The notes beneath the pieces are model-generated. The model was not told the origin of the DNA. It did no database searches and saw nothing but the letters and a program-made list of their open reading frames with translations. The position numbers and the translations under genes were made by a program. From positions 1 to 44,568 of the forward strand of contig CAXFSR010000008.1 of assembly GCA_964005815.1 (NCBI GenBank): a stretch of DNA of 44,568 nucleotides. The letters are read 5' to 3'. Positions 1 through 9,533 of this stretch are shown here, piece after piece; positions within the stretch are counted from its first letter, which is position 1; every line of letters begins with the position of its first letter. Source of the DNA: an uncultured Nitrospinaceae bacterium (GTDB lineage: Bacteria > UBA8248).

Positions 1-1
1 T

Positions 2-1048
2 CTTCCAGGAACTAAATTAAAAGTACAGTATGGTCGTGATGATTATTTCTCCCCTGGCAAGACTCTTGTTACATCTAGTGGTCTTAACAGAAAACAGGGT
101 TGGGAAGTAACTGGTAAGATGGCTGGCATGAAAATGACAGGTTGGACAGTTAAATTATCTGAAGGTGGAGCTGGTGGTTCCGGTGGTCCTTTTGGTGGAA
201 AAAATGATGCTGATGTTCACCACATTGGATTCACAACAAAAGCTGCTGGTTTGACTCTTACACCTCATCTAACTATCGAAGCGGATGGCCGTGGTTCAGG
301 AACTGCTACTCCAGATAAAGATATTAGATGGTGGGGTATTAATGCAAAAGGTAAGGTTGGTATGTTCAGCCTTAAAGTTGATGCAATTTATCAGGAAGGT
401 TCAATAGATTATCCATCAAGTAGTGCAACAGTGAAAGATATTGATATTAAAGCATCAATGCTTCAAGTAAGTGCTACTACTAAAGTTGGTAAATCTAAAG
501 TGGAACTTCGTGCGTTTGCTACATCCGGTGATAAAGACGGTCTAGCTGCTTCTCAATCACATGGATTGACTGCGCAACAAGATGGAAACAGTGAGTTGAC
601 ACGTTTCTCAGGTCCTAATGCTGATGGAATGATGTGGACTAATAACCCACAGATCATTTCCCGTAAACGTTACAGTACATTCAATATTAGTGCTGGTAAT
701 GAAACTCGTTCCGGTAACGGTAATGGTGGAACAAGTGGTAACGGTCTAAGGGTAATGGAAATCATCGTTAGCCATCCAATAAGCAAAAAACTTTCTTTCA
801 AAGGTAACTTGTCAAGCATCCATTCTTCAGAATCTGCACAGGATATTTCTGGTGGAACACAATATGTGTCTGACACAAATATCGGTACAGAAGTTGATGC
901 TTCTTTGAAATATAAGTTCTATAAATCACTATGGGCACAGGTTACATATGCATACCTAGCCGTTGGTGACTATGGTAAAGCAACAAACGCAACAAGTGAT
1001 TTCGATAACACATGGTGCTGGTACTTCGAAATCCGTCATTCATTCTAA
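2..1048 (+). CDS. Outer-membrane beta-barrel protein/porin, 5'-partial (frame open from the window start)
   Basis: The frame of ORF 119..1048 has no stop back to nt 2. Alternating amphipathic beta-strand pattern, Gly/Asn-rich loops, 'IGTEVDASLKYKFYKSL' and a C-terminal aromatic signature (WYFEIRHSF) typical of BamA substrates. Confidence 0.75.
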   Translation, partial: LPGTKLKVQYGRDDYFSPGKTLVTSSGLNRKQGWEVTGKMAGMKMTGWTVKLSEGGAGGSGGPFGGKNDADVHHIGFTTKAAGLTLTPHLTIEADGRGSGTATPDKDIRWWGINAKGKVGMFSLKVDAIYQEGSIDYPSSSATVKDIDIKASMLQVSATTKVGKSKVELRAFATSGDKDGLAASQSHGLTAQQDGNSELTRFSGPNADGMMWTNNPQIISRKRYSTFNISAGNETRSGNGNGGTSGNGLRVMEIIVSHPISKKLSFKGNLSSIHSSESAQDISGGTQYVSDTNIGTEVDASLKYKFYKSLWAQVTYAYLAVGDYGKATNATSDFDNTWCWYFEIRHSF

Positions 1049-1110
1049 GCTTGGAATGATGATAAGCTGATATCTGATTTTTCAGATTGAAGCTTGTAGT
1101 AGAAATTCAG

Positions 1111-1144
1111 ACCGGGAGAGTATCAAATACTCTCCCGGTTTTTT
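1111..1144 (+). terminator. Rho-independent terminator after the porin
   Basis: Perfect 13-bp stem accgggagagtat/atactctcccggt, loop caa, followed by a T-run. Confidence 0.9.
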
Positions 1145-1281
1145 CTTCTATATTCTTCTTTATTTACTTAAGTTTACTTTGATAACATTGAACTAGGTCT
1201 TGATTGAACTTTCAAGGGCTGATATCCTCTTGCGGTTTTCCAGTATATTTTAAAATTTGGTGTAATAGAATAGGAAAGAAT

Positions 1282-2421
1282 ATGAAGAAAAATCATTTGC
1301 TAGCACCCGGACCTACTCCAGTTCCTCAGCCTGTACTCGAGGCAATGGCGAAACCGCTTTTTCATCATAGAACAAGTGAATTTGAATCGCATTTCGCGGA
1401 TATTCGTGATGGATTAGAGTGGTTATATCAAGTTAATAGCGACGTGATCTCACTAGCTTCTTCTGGAACAGGTGGAATGGAAGCATGTGTCTCAAATCTC
1501 CTTTCTGTAGGGGAGAAGGCTTTGGTGGTAGAAGGCGGTAAATTTGGAGAGAGATGGTCTGAAATTTGTCGGGCATATGGAGTGATTACAGATGTATTAA
1601 CTGTGACTCCGGGGCATTCTGTAAATATTACAGATCTTGAGGCGAAACTTATAGAAGGAAAATTTAGCGCAGTTCTAATTCAGGCAAGTGAAACGTCTAC
1701 AGGCTCTAAACATGATATAGAAGGAGTTTCTCAAGCTATCAAAAAGGTATCTCCTGATACGTTGCTCGTAGTAGACGCTATTACTGCTTTAGGAGTTTAT
1801 GATGTACAACCAGAAAATTGGGGATTGGATGCAGTAGTTACAGGAAGTCAGAAAGCATTGATGCTTCCTCCAGGTCTGGCTTTTGTTTGGTTAAGTGAAA
1901 ATGCTTGGAAGAGAACAGAGAAGTCTAACTGTCCTTCGTATTATTTTAATTTAGAGATAGAAAGAAAGAGTCAGAAAAAAAATACAACGGCTTGGACCCC
2001 TGCCATTTCTTTAATGATGGGTTTAAAAGTAGCTCTTTCTATTATGCAGGAAGAAGGATTAGAGAATATATATAAAAGACACGCTAAACTTTCAACTTCT
2101 ACCAGAGAGGCTATTGAGTCTATGGGTTTGAACATTTTCACAAAAGATTTAATAGCAGAGTGTTTAACAGCTGTTGAAGTTCCGCAAGGAATTAACGGAA
2201 AAGATATTCCAAAGAAGATGCAGTCTGATTGTGGTGTGACCATTGCTGGAGGACAGGGAGAATTAAGCGATAAGATTTTTCGTATAGGCCATCTAGGGTA
2301 TGTCGATGGAGATGATGTTTTAGTGGCCGTTAGTGCTCTTGAAAAAACCCTGTTAGAGTTAGGCTGTAAATTTGAAAAATCCGTTGGAATTGCTGCAGCG
2401 CAAAGGAGTTTGCTTGCATGA
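1282..2421 (+). CDS. Class V PLP aminotransferase (serine-glyoxylate/alanine-glyoxylate type; probable phosphoserine aminotransferase role)
   Basis: Motifs PGPTPVP, SGTGGME, ETSTG, VVDAI, GSQKAL (PLP Lys), FRIGHLG. The stop overlaps the serA start (ATGA). Start moved to ATG 1282 (MKKNHLL) behind 'aggaa'. Confidence 0.85.
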   Translation: MKKNHLLAPGPTPVPQPVLEAMAKPLFHHRTSEFESHFADIRDGLEWLYQVNSDVISLASSGTGGMEACVSNLLSVGEKALVVEGGKFGERWSEICRAYGVITDVLTVTPGHSVNITDLEAKLIEGKFSAVLIQASETSTGSKHDIEGVSQAIKKVSPDTLLVVDAITALGVYDVQPENWGLDAVVTGSQKALMLPPGLAFVWLSENAWKRTEKSNCPSYYFNLEIERKSQKKNTTAWTPAISLMMGLKVALSIMQEEGLENIYKRHAKLSTSTREAIESMGLNIFTKDLIAECLTAVEVPQGINGKDIPKKMQSDCGVTIAGGQGELSDKIFRIGHLGYVDGDDVLVAVSALEKTLLELGCKFEKSVGIAAAQRSLLA

Positions 2422-4022
2422 ATGAACAATTTGTCTCGCGCGTTCTAATTTCTGAATCGATGTCTTTACGTGCAGAAGAGATTTTATCTTCGAATGAAGG
2501 ATTTGAAGTAGTCAATGAACCCAAAATGACTAGGGAAGATCTTTTATCTCAAATAGAGAGTTTTGATGCTTTGATCGTCAGAAGCGGGACGAAAGTCAAC
2601 AAGGAACTTTTGGAAACAGGGAAACGACTTAAAATCGTGGCTAGAGCTGGGATTGGTGTAGACAATATTGATTTAGATACTGCGAGTCGTCTGGGAGTTT
2701 TGGTTGTGAATGCACCTGATGGAAACGTGATAACTACGGCAGAGCATACTATGGGACTTATTTTTTCTCTTGCACGTAGGATTCCTGAAGCTGTTTCTTC
2801 TTTGAAATCTGGTCTTTGGGAAAGGTCCAAGTTTGTTGGAAGTGAGTTGGCATCGAAAACTTTAGGTGTAATTGGACTTGGAAGAGTTGGTTCTAATGTT
2901 GCTAGATTAGCAAAAAATATTGGAATGGATATTATAGCTTTTGATCCTTATATATCAGAGGAAGCCGCATTGGAAAGAGACGTTAAACTGGTTTCTTTTG
3001 ATGAAGTTTTACAGGGATGTGATTATCTTACACTTCATGTTCCTGGCACTGATGAGACTTCGAATCTTTTGGGAAAAAATGAGTTTCAGAAAATGAAAGA
3101 TGGTATACGTATAGTGAATTGTGCTAGAGGTGGTTTAATCAATGAAGAAGCACTTTCTAATGCGATCGATGAAGAAAAAGTAATGGGGATTGCTATGGAT
3201 GTTTATCCTGAAGAGCCTCCACCAGAGAATTATCGTATTCTGTTAGAGAGACCTGAAGTAATTTGTACCCCTCATCTAGGAGCATCTACGGAAGAAGCAC
3301 AGGAAAACGTAGCTATCAGCGTTGCTCAGCAGGTAGTGGATTATTTGAAAGATGGGGTTGTGAAGTATGCAGTCAATCTTCCTTCACTTGGGTCAGAGCA
3401 ACTAGAGAGAATAGGACCTTATTTACTTTTGGCTGAAAATTTGGGTTCCTTTCTAGCACAACTTGTTGATGGCGGAGTGAGGAAGTTAGAGATTATACAT
3501 CATGGAACCTCAGAAATACCGATTTCTGCACTTTCTTCAAATGCAATTAAGGGAATTCTTTCTCATTTTCTTGGTGATACGAGAATAAATTTAGTTAATG
3601 GACCTACTTTAGCAAAAGAGAGAGGAATAGAAATTATTACAACACATAGGAATTCGTCTGATCTTTATAAAGATATGATTGAAATCCGATTAGTTACAGA
3701 TAAAAATGAACGTTCCGCGATAGGAACAATTACGAATCTTGGAAGTCCAAAGATCACTTCTATAGATAGTTTCTCCATAGATGTTGATCCAGAAGGGTTC
3801 ATGCTTGTTTTTTCAAATGAAGATCGTCCAGGAACGATCGGTACAATTGGAACTTTGCTTGGGAAACATCAAATTAATATTGCAGGTATGCAGCTTGGTA
3901 GAACCAAAAAAAATGATAAAGCAGTCGCTATTTTATCACTAGATGACTTAATTCCAGAGAATGTTATGGAAGAAGTACGAAATATTCCGGGTCTTTTAGA
4001 TGCTAGATCAGTCGTGCTGTAG
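2418..4022 (+). CDS. serA: D-3-phosphoglycerate dehydrogenase (long form with ASB and ACT domains)
   Basis: RAGIGVDNID, GVIGLGRVG Rossmann motif, NCARGG, TPHLGASTEEAQ, C-terminal ACT (NEDRPGTIG...INIAGMQLGR). Confidence 0.95.
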   Translation: MNEQFVSRVLISESMSLRAEEILSSNEGFEVVNEPKMTREDLLSQIESFDALIVRSGTKVNKELLETGKRLKIVARAGIGVDNIDLDTASRLGVLVVNAPDGNVITTAEHTMGLIFSLARRIPEAVSSLKSGLWERSKFVGSELASKTLGVIGLGRVGSNVARLAKNIGMDIIAFDPYISEEAALERDVKLVSFDEVLQGCDYLTLHVPGTDETSNLLGKNEFQKMKDGIRIVNCARGGLINEEALSNAIDEEKVMGIAMDVYPEEPPPENYRILLERPEVICTPHLGASTEEAQENVAISVAQQVVDYLKDGVVKYAVNLPSLGSEQLERIGPYLLLAENLGSFLAQLVDGGVRKLEIIHHGTSEIPISALSSNAIKGILSHFLGDTRINLVNGPTLAKERGIEIITTHRNSSDLYKDMIEIRLVTDKNERSAIGTITNLGSPKITSIDSFSIDVDPEGFMLVFSNEDRPGTIGTIGTLLGKHQINIAGMQLGRTKKNDKAVAILSLDDLIPENVMEEVRNIPGLLDARSVVL

Positions 4023-4056
4023 ATCTTGAAATTGATTTAGGTAAAGGAAATTTATT

Positions 4057-5343
4057 ATGTCTTCTATGCTTGAAAAAAAAATTCTACCCTCTGGCTCTAA
4101 AGTGTTTATTGGTGAAGAGGTTCAAAAAAAACGAGACATTGAAGAACAAATAAGAGGGATTTTTTCTTTATGGGGCTTCCAAGAGATTATAACCCCTTCT
4201 TTCGAATTTTACGCACCTGATAAAGAAAGTGATTCCAGAGATTCTGAAATTTTTAAAACCATAGATTTAGAAACTGGAAATTTACTATCCTTGAGATCTG
4301 ACGTCACACCGCAGATAGCACAAATTGCTGGAACAGTACTTGAAAGTGCTCCTAGACCTTTAAGATTTTCCTACGTGACAAATGTTTTTCGATATATGAA
4401 TGTTTCTGGAACCTATCAAAGAGAATTTTTGCAGGCTGGTGTTGAACTAATAGGGTTAATGTCTCTGGAAGCTGATGCAGAAGTAATCGCGATTGCAGTA
4501 GAGTGTTTCAGGAAAATAGGGGTAAAGGATTTTAAAATTTCTTTGAGTCATGGTGGATTTTTAGCAGGAATATTTAATGTTTTGGACTTAACTCAAGATG
4601 ATAAAGTAAAAATTTCAGAGGCTATTTCAAGGCGAGATGAATCTTCTCTTGCACAACTACTGAAAGGGAAAAAAAATGGGCAAAAGGATGCAAATATTTT
4701 AAAGAATTTAGCCAGACTTTTCGGTGATTCTTCAGTTCTTGAATTTGCAGAAAAGACTGTTGAGAATGCAACTTCAAAAAAAGCAGTCCAGGAACTTAAA
4801 AAGGTATATGGGATTTTAGATTTGTATGGATTAACAGAGCAGATAGTATTTGATCTTGCAGATTTTCGAGATTTTAATTATTACACAGGTGTGATTTTTG
4901 AAGGGTTTGTCTCTGGAGTTGGTTCTCCTGTCTGCGGTGGGGGGAGATACGATCGATTACTTAAAAATTTTGGAACTGACGATCTTGGAACAGGTTTTGC
5001 GATAGACTTAGATAGTCTTTCGAATGTTGTTAACAACTCAGATAATGAAGTTAATAAAAAAAGTTTTCTTGTAGTAGATTTTTCCTCATCAAAGAAGAAT
5101 GGTATCGAGATTTCTAGAAAATTACGTGATCTTGGATATGTGGCCTCACGAGATATTATGAGGAGGGAATTAAAAGATTCTCTTACTTTTGCAAGACAAT
5201 CTAAGTTTGATTATTGTCTGGTAATAGACACAAAAAATGTAAGGGCTAAAAAAGTGCGAGTTCTTACCTCATCTGGTGTAGAACTTATTGTTTCCTCTAT
5301 AGATGAGATCGTCAATAAATTGGAAGAAGGAGATATTTTATGA
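4057..5343 (+). CDS. hisZ: ATP phosphoribosyltransferase regulatory subunit
   Basis: HisRS-like fold with HisZ-type motifs (LRSDVTPQIA, REFLQAGVELIG, ADAEVI, YYTGVIF, GGGRYD). Overlaps purA, the conserved hisZ-purA arrangement. Confidence 0.88.
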   Translation: MSSMLEKKILPSGSKVFIGEEVQKKRDIEEQIRGIFSLWGFQEIITPSFEFYAPDKESDSRDSEIFKTIDLETGNLLSLRSDVTPQIAQIAGTVLESAPRPLRFSYVTNVFRYMNVSGTYQREFLQAGVELIGLMSLEADAEVIAIAVECFRKIGVKDFKISLSHGGFLAGIFNVLDLTQDDKVKISEAISRRDESSLAQLLKGKKNGQKDANILKNLARLFGDSSVLEFAEKTVENATSKKAVQELKKVYGILDLYGLTEQIVFDLADFRDFNYYTGVIFEGFVSGVGSPVCGGGRYDRLLKNFGTDDLGTGFAIDLDSLSNVVNNSDNEVNKKSFLVVDFSSSKKNGIEISRKLRDLGYVASRDIMRRELKDSLTFARQSKFDYCLVIDTKNVRAKKVRVLTSSGVELIVSSIDEIVNKLEEGDIL

Positions 5344-6647
5344 GTGTTCTGACAGTTGTTGGTGGTCAATGGGGAGATGAGGGAAAAGGAAAAATTATAG
5401 ATTGGCTTGCTCAACGCTCTGATGTCGTAGCTAGGTATCAAGGAGGTGCAAATGCTGGCCACACAGTTTTTGTTTCTGGGCAGGAATTTATACTTCATTT
5501 GATCCCAACAGGAATTTTGAATCCGGATGTGCTTTGTATTATCGGATCTGGTGCAGTTATTGATCCTTTATCACTAATTAGTGAAATGAAAAGTCTGAAG
5601 GAACTAGGTTTAAAAATTGATGAAAACTTATTGATAGGGAAAAGAGCACATTTGATTCTCCCCTACCATAAAGTTATGGACTCCCATATGGAAGAATTGT
5701 TGGGAGTAAATCGAATAGGTACTACAGGAAGGGGAATTGGACCTGCATATTCTGATAAAGCTGCAAGACTCGGTGTTAGGGTAGCAGATTTATTTGAAGA
5801 GCAGATTTTGCGAGATAGGATTAAAGTTAGCATTAATCTAAAAAAGAAATTGCTCTCTGAAATTTCTCTAACTGAGGAAGAGCAAAAAGCTTTTGATGAA
5901 TCTTATATTTTATCTATTTGTGAAGAAGTTAGAGGAGTCCTTAAAAATCATATTTGTAATACAGATATTGAAATTCAAAATTCTTTAGTCGCAAAGAAAA
6001 ATATTCTTCTTGAAGGTGCACAGGGAATTCTTCTTGATGTAGATATGGGCACCTATCCTTATGTTACATCAAGTAATACGGGTCTTGGAGGTGCTTTAAA
6101 TGGATTAGGCATACCTTATTCTAAAATAGATAAAGTATTAGGAGTTGTTAAAGCATATTGTACTAGAGTAGGGCAGGGACCTTTCCCATCGGAAATGGAA
6201 GATGCTGAAGGAGATCTGCTGCGAACAGAGGGTGGAGAATTTGGTGCAACAACTGGTCGACCAAGAAGATGTGGATGGCTGGATGCAGTGGCTGCAAGGC
6301 ACTGCATACAAGTTTGTGGTATAGATACAATTGCACTCACCAAACTTGATGTCCTTGATAATCAGGAAACTATACGTATTTGTGTAGGATATGAAGTAGA
6401 TGGGAAAAAATTAACATCTTTTCCTGCGGAAACAGGTTTACTAGAAAAGTGTAAGCCTATTTTTGAGGAATTTCCGGGTTGGAAGGTAAAAACTGCAGGG
6501 ATGAATAAGCAGGAAGAACTTCCTGAATTGGCTTTATCTTATATTCGGAATGTTGAAAAGATTTTAGGAGTTTCTGTTTCTTTGATATCAACAGGTCCGG
6601 AAAGAAATGATACGATTACGATCGAAGAACCATTTGTAACCGAATAG
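5340..6647 (+). CDS. purA: Adenylosuccinate synthetase
   Basis: QWGDEGKGK, GGANAGHT, IGTTGRGIGPAY, EGAQG, TYPYVTSS, GATTGRPRRCGWLD, TKLDVL. Confidence 0.98.
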   Translation: MSVLTVVGGQWGDEGKGKIIDWLAQRSDVVARYQGGANAGHTVFVSGQEFILHLIPTGILNPDVLCIIGSGAVIDPLSLISEMKSLKELGLKIDENLLIGKRAHLILPYHKVMDSHMEELLGVNRIGTTGRGIGPAYSDKAARLGVRVADLFEEQILRDRIKVSINLKKKLLSEISLTEEEQKAFDESYILSICEEVRGVLKNHICNTDIEIQNSLVAKKNILLEGAQGILLDVDMGTYPYVTSSNTGLGGALNGLGIPYSKIDKVLGVVKAYCTRVGQGPFPSEMEDAEGDLLRTEGGEFGATTGRPRRCGWLDAVAARHCIQVCGIDTIALTKLDVLDNQETIRICVGYEVDGKKLTSFPAETGLLEKCKPIFEEFPGWKVKTAGMNKQEELPELALSYIRNVEKILGVSVSLISTGPERNDTITIEEPFVTE

Positions 6648-6672
6648 TTTTTAATTTAATTTTGAGGCTTGC

Positions 6673-7569
6673 ATGTCCGTAGATTCATTGAACATTGGAC
6701 TTGCTTTTTGGGCTGGATTCTTAAGTTTTATCTCCCCATGTGTTCTTCCACTTTTCCCGAGTTACTTGTCCTACTTAACAGGACTGACTTATGAACAAAT
6801 AACTGACGAAAGTAATAGTACTTCTGTACGTAGACTCATATTTGTAAATTCAATTTTTTTTATCTTTGGATTCTCTGTTTTTTTTGTAAGTATTGGCCTC
6901 AGTTTTTCGTTTTTGGGTAAATTTTTTAGTGCTTCTCAAGATTTTTTACGAGTATTTGGTGGTGTTTTAATTTTTGCTTTTGGTATTTATGTTTTTGATC
7001 GAGCAATTTCATTCCGCTTCCAGGAAAATTTTAAAAATATAAGATCCTCGTTCCAATATTTCTTTTTTGGAGTAGTCCTTCTGATTTCTGTTTTATTATT
7101 TTTGATTGGCTATAAAGTATTCATAGGATTTTTTCTCTCAATATTACTTTATTTGTTGATTTGTCTCCTCCCTTCTTTTTTAGGGAAAGAAAGTCTTATC
7201 GAAGTAAAAAGTAGAACTGGAGGATATGCTGGTAGTTTTATGATAGGTATTACATTTTCAGCTGGATGGACTCCGTGTATAGGTCCAATATTAGGTAGTA
7301 TTCTTATTTTTTCTTCGGTTCAAGAAAATTATATGCGAGCATTATTACTTTTGATTTCTTATTGTTTAGGATTGGGTAGTACTTTCCTTGTCAGTGGGCT
7401 TATATTATCTACTTTTCTTAAATTTTACGGATATTTTAGAAGCTATTTAATTTATATAGATTTTATAAATAGTTGTTTGCTAATGTTTATAGGATTTCTT
7501 TTGCTTTTTAATTACCTCACGGTAATTTCAAATTATATTGTTATTTGGACAGGATTTGGCGGTATATAG
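6673..7569 (+). CDS. ccdA: Cytochrome c biogenesis/thiol-disulfide transporter CcdA
   Basis: Both redox Cys motifs present (SFISPCVLPL, WTPCIGPILG); multi-pass membrane protein. Confidence 0.9.
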   Translation: MSVDSLNIGLAFWAGFLSFISPCVLPLFPSYLSYLTGLTYEQITDESNSTSVRRLIFVNSIFFIFGFSVFFVSIGLSFSFLGKFFSASQDFLRVFGGVLIFAFGIYVFDRAISFRFQENFKNIRSSFQYFFFGVVLLISVLLFLIGYKVFIGFFLSILLYLLICLLPSFLGKESLIEVKSRTGGYAGSFMIGITFSAGWTPCIGPILGSILIFSSVQENYMRALLLLISYCLGLGSTFLVSGLILSTFLKFYGYFRSYLIYIDFINSCLLMFIGFLLLFNYLTVISNYIVIWTGFGGI

Positions 7570-7612
7570 TTTCTTGTTTTGAGTTCTCTAAATGCACTAA
7601 AAGAAGTGAATT

Positions 7613-8308
7613 TTAGGAAATGGATGAAATGTATTTTTGGGCGATTTCTTCTGGATTTTCTGCATTTCTAATAGGCCTTCCAACAACTATATAATCTGCA
7701 CCATTTTCTATTGCGTTTTTTGGAGTATGCACTCTGGCATGATCATTTTGAGACTCTGAATCTAACCGTACTCCTGGTGTAACTATTAACATGTCTTTGC
7801 CAAGTTCCCCTCTTAGTTGCGAAACTTCCATAGGAGATGCGACTACACCGTTTAACCCGCATTTTTTTGCTAGTAATCCCATTTTAAGTACTTGTTCTGC
7901 TGGAGATGATTTTATTCCGATTTTCTTTAAACTATCTTTGCCTAAACTTGTTAAAACCGTAACAGCTAGAATGGATGGAGGATTCTTGATTTTATCTCTT
8001 GCCCTAGCGCAGGCTTCAAGCATCTCTTCTCCTCCAGATGCGTGGACGGTTAAAAGAGAAACTCCGAGATTCGCAGCAGAAAAAATAGCTTTCTCAACTG
8101 TTGCGGGTATATCGTGATACTTTAGATCTAAAAAAACAGAGGATCCTCTTTTAATAACCATTTCAACTGCTCTTGGACCTTCCTTTGTGAAAAGTTCCAT
8201 TCCAATTTTATACCATTGAATGTGTGCCTCAATTTTTTTGATTAGATTTAATGCCAAGTCTATATTTTCAAAATCAAGTGCACATATAATTCTTTGTTTT
8301 GGTTCCAT
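7613..8308 (-). CDS. pyrF: Orotidine-5'-phosphate decarboxylase
   Basis: ICALD, KIGMEL, FLDLKYHDIPAT, AVTVLTS, VTPGVR, VVGRPI. Start placed at ATG 8308 (MEPKQR), directly after the tatC stop. Confidence 0.95.
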   Translation of the reverse strand: MEPKQRIICALDFENIDLALNLIKKIEAHIQWYKIGMELFTKEGPRAVEMVIKRGSSVFLDLKYHDIPATVEKAIFSAANLGVSLLTVHASGGEEMLEACARARDKIKNPPSILAVTVLTSLGKDSLKKIGIKSSPAEQVLKMGLLAKKCGLNGVVASPMEVSQLRGELGKDMLIVTPGVRLDSESQNDHARVHTPKNAIENGADYIVVGRPIRNAENPEEIAQKYISSIS

Positions 8309-8309
8309 G

Positions 8310-9041
8310 TTATTCATCCATATCCTGTTTTGATTTTTTAGATCCTTCAATAAACCTTGCAGCAATTATACTTATTTCAAACAAAATAATTAATGGTAGT
8401 GCTAGGAAAATTTGTGTTACTACATCTGGCGGTGTCAATATTGCAGAGGCAGCAAATGAACCTACGAAAACATAACCTCTATTATTTGCTAGAGTACTTA
8501 CAGAAAGTACTCTTATTTTCACTAAGAGGATTACTATCAATGGAACTTGAAAAACAAGACCAAAGATTAGTATCAATTTAAAAACAAAAGAGATGTAAAA
8601 AGCTATCGAGATTTGTGGAGATAAGGTTTCGGATGCAAAACTTAATAAAAAACTTAACCCATAAGGAAGTATTAGAAAGTAACAGAAAAAAGCACCTATA
8701 ATAAAACTGAGAGACGAAATGGTAATAAAAGATGCTAAATATTTCTTTTCTTTTTTAAATAACCCAGGGGCACAAAATTTCCAAATATGGAAGAGAATGA
8801 GTGGAATACTAAGAAATAAGCCGGAATAAAATGATATTTTTATATGTGATATAAATCCTTCAGTAGGAGATAAAAAAACAAGTTTTTCTTTCCCTATTGG
8901 ATTTTGAATTAATTCTAATAATTCAGAAGAGAAATAATAGGAAGCCAAAAAAAAGATTCCTATTGAAGAAACCATAATTAAAAGTCTTTTTCTTAGTTCT
9001 GTTAAGTGTTCTGTTAATGACATCGAACCTGATGCACTCAA
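8310..9041 (-). CDS. tatC: Sec-independent protein translocase TatC
   Basis: HLTELRKRL, SPTEGF, WKFCAPGLFKKEK, FQVP, ILTPPDVVTQ. Start is TTG 9041 or ATG 9023. Confidence 0.95.
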   Translation of the reverse strand: MSASGSMSLTEHLTELRKRLLIMVSSIGIFFLASYYFSSELLELIQNPIGKEKLVFLSPTEGFISHIKISFYSGLFLSIPLILFHIWKFCAPGLFKKEKKYLASFITISSLSFIIGAFFCYFLILPYGLSFLLSFASETLSPQISIAFYISFVFKLILIFGLVFQVPLIVILLVKIRVLSVSTLANNRGYVFVGSFAASAILTPPDVVTQIFLALPLIILFEISIIAARFIEGSKKSKQDMDE

Positions 9042-9092
9042 TCGTTTAAATTCCTATCTAAATATTTCAGTTTATAAAAAGTCTAGATTTGA

Positions 9093-9344
9093 TTATTTCT
9101 TCTGGTCAGAGTTAATGGTCTCGTCATTCTTTTCGTCTTTCTTCTGTTTTTCAGTTTCAGAATCGTAAAATTCTTCATCTGATTCTATATCTATAGAATT
9201 TTCAAAGTCTGAAGTTGCTCTTTTAAAATCCCGCAATGTTCTTCCTATGGTACGAGCAAGATTTGGTAATCTTTTTGGTCCAATGACTAAAAGTGCAACA
9301 ACTAAAATAACAAGCAGTTCGGTCATCCCAATGCTACCAAACAA
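9093..9344 (-). CDS. tatB: TatA/TatB-family translocase subunit (TatB-like hinge)
   Basis: MFGSIGMTELLVILVVALLVIGPKRLP followed by an amphipathic helix. TTG start with SD aaggag; adjacent to tatC. Confidence 0.8.
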   Translation of the reverse strand: MFGSIGMTELLVILVVALLVIGPKRLPNLARTIGRTLRDFKRATSDFENSIDIESDEEFYDSETEKQKKDEKNDETINSDQKK

Positions 9345-9533
9345 GTTACTCTCCTTTTGAAACTTTTTTAAAAAAAGTGAACAAATTTTTATCTTATATT
9401 GTTTGAATCTACTACTGGGATATAGAATACCCCATAGTATTTTTTTTGTTCAGACATTTTATTTTTTTATTTTAAATAAACAAGTGGTATGAAGTCAATT
9501 TTCACTATTTTCGGATGAAACTTAAAGTTATCT

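Noticed and set aside
4057..5343. Histidyl-tRNA synthetase (hisS)
   Set aside because: The motifs and the purA linkage fit HisZ, and HisRS-specific motifs such as LVRGLDYY are absent.
9345..9533. LexA/SOS box before the dnaQ-uvrC-like gene
   Set aside because: No CTGT-N8-ACAG or GAAC-N4-GTTC match was found by eye.
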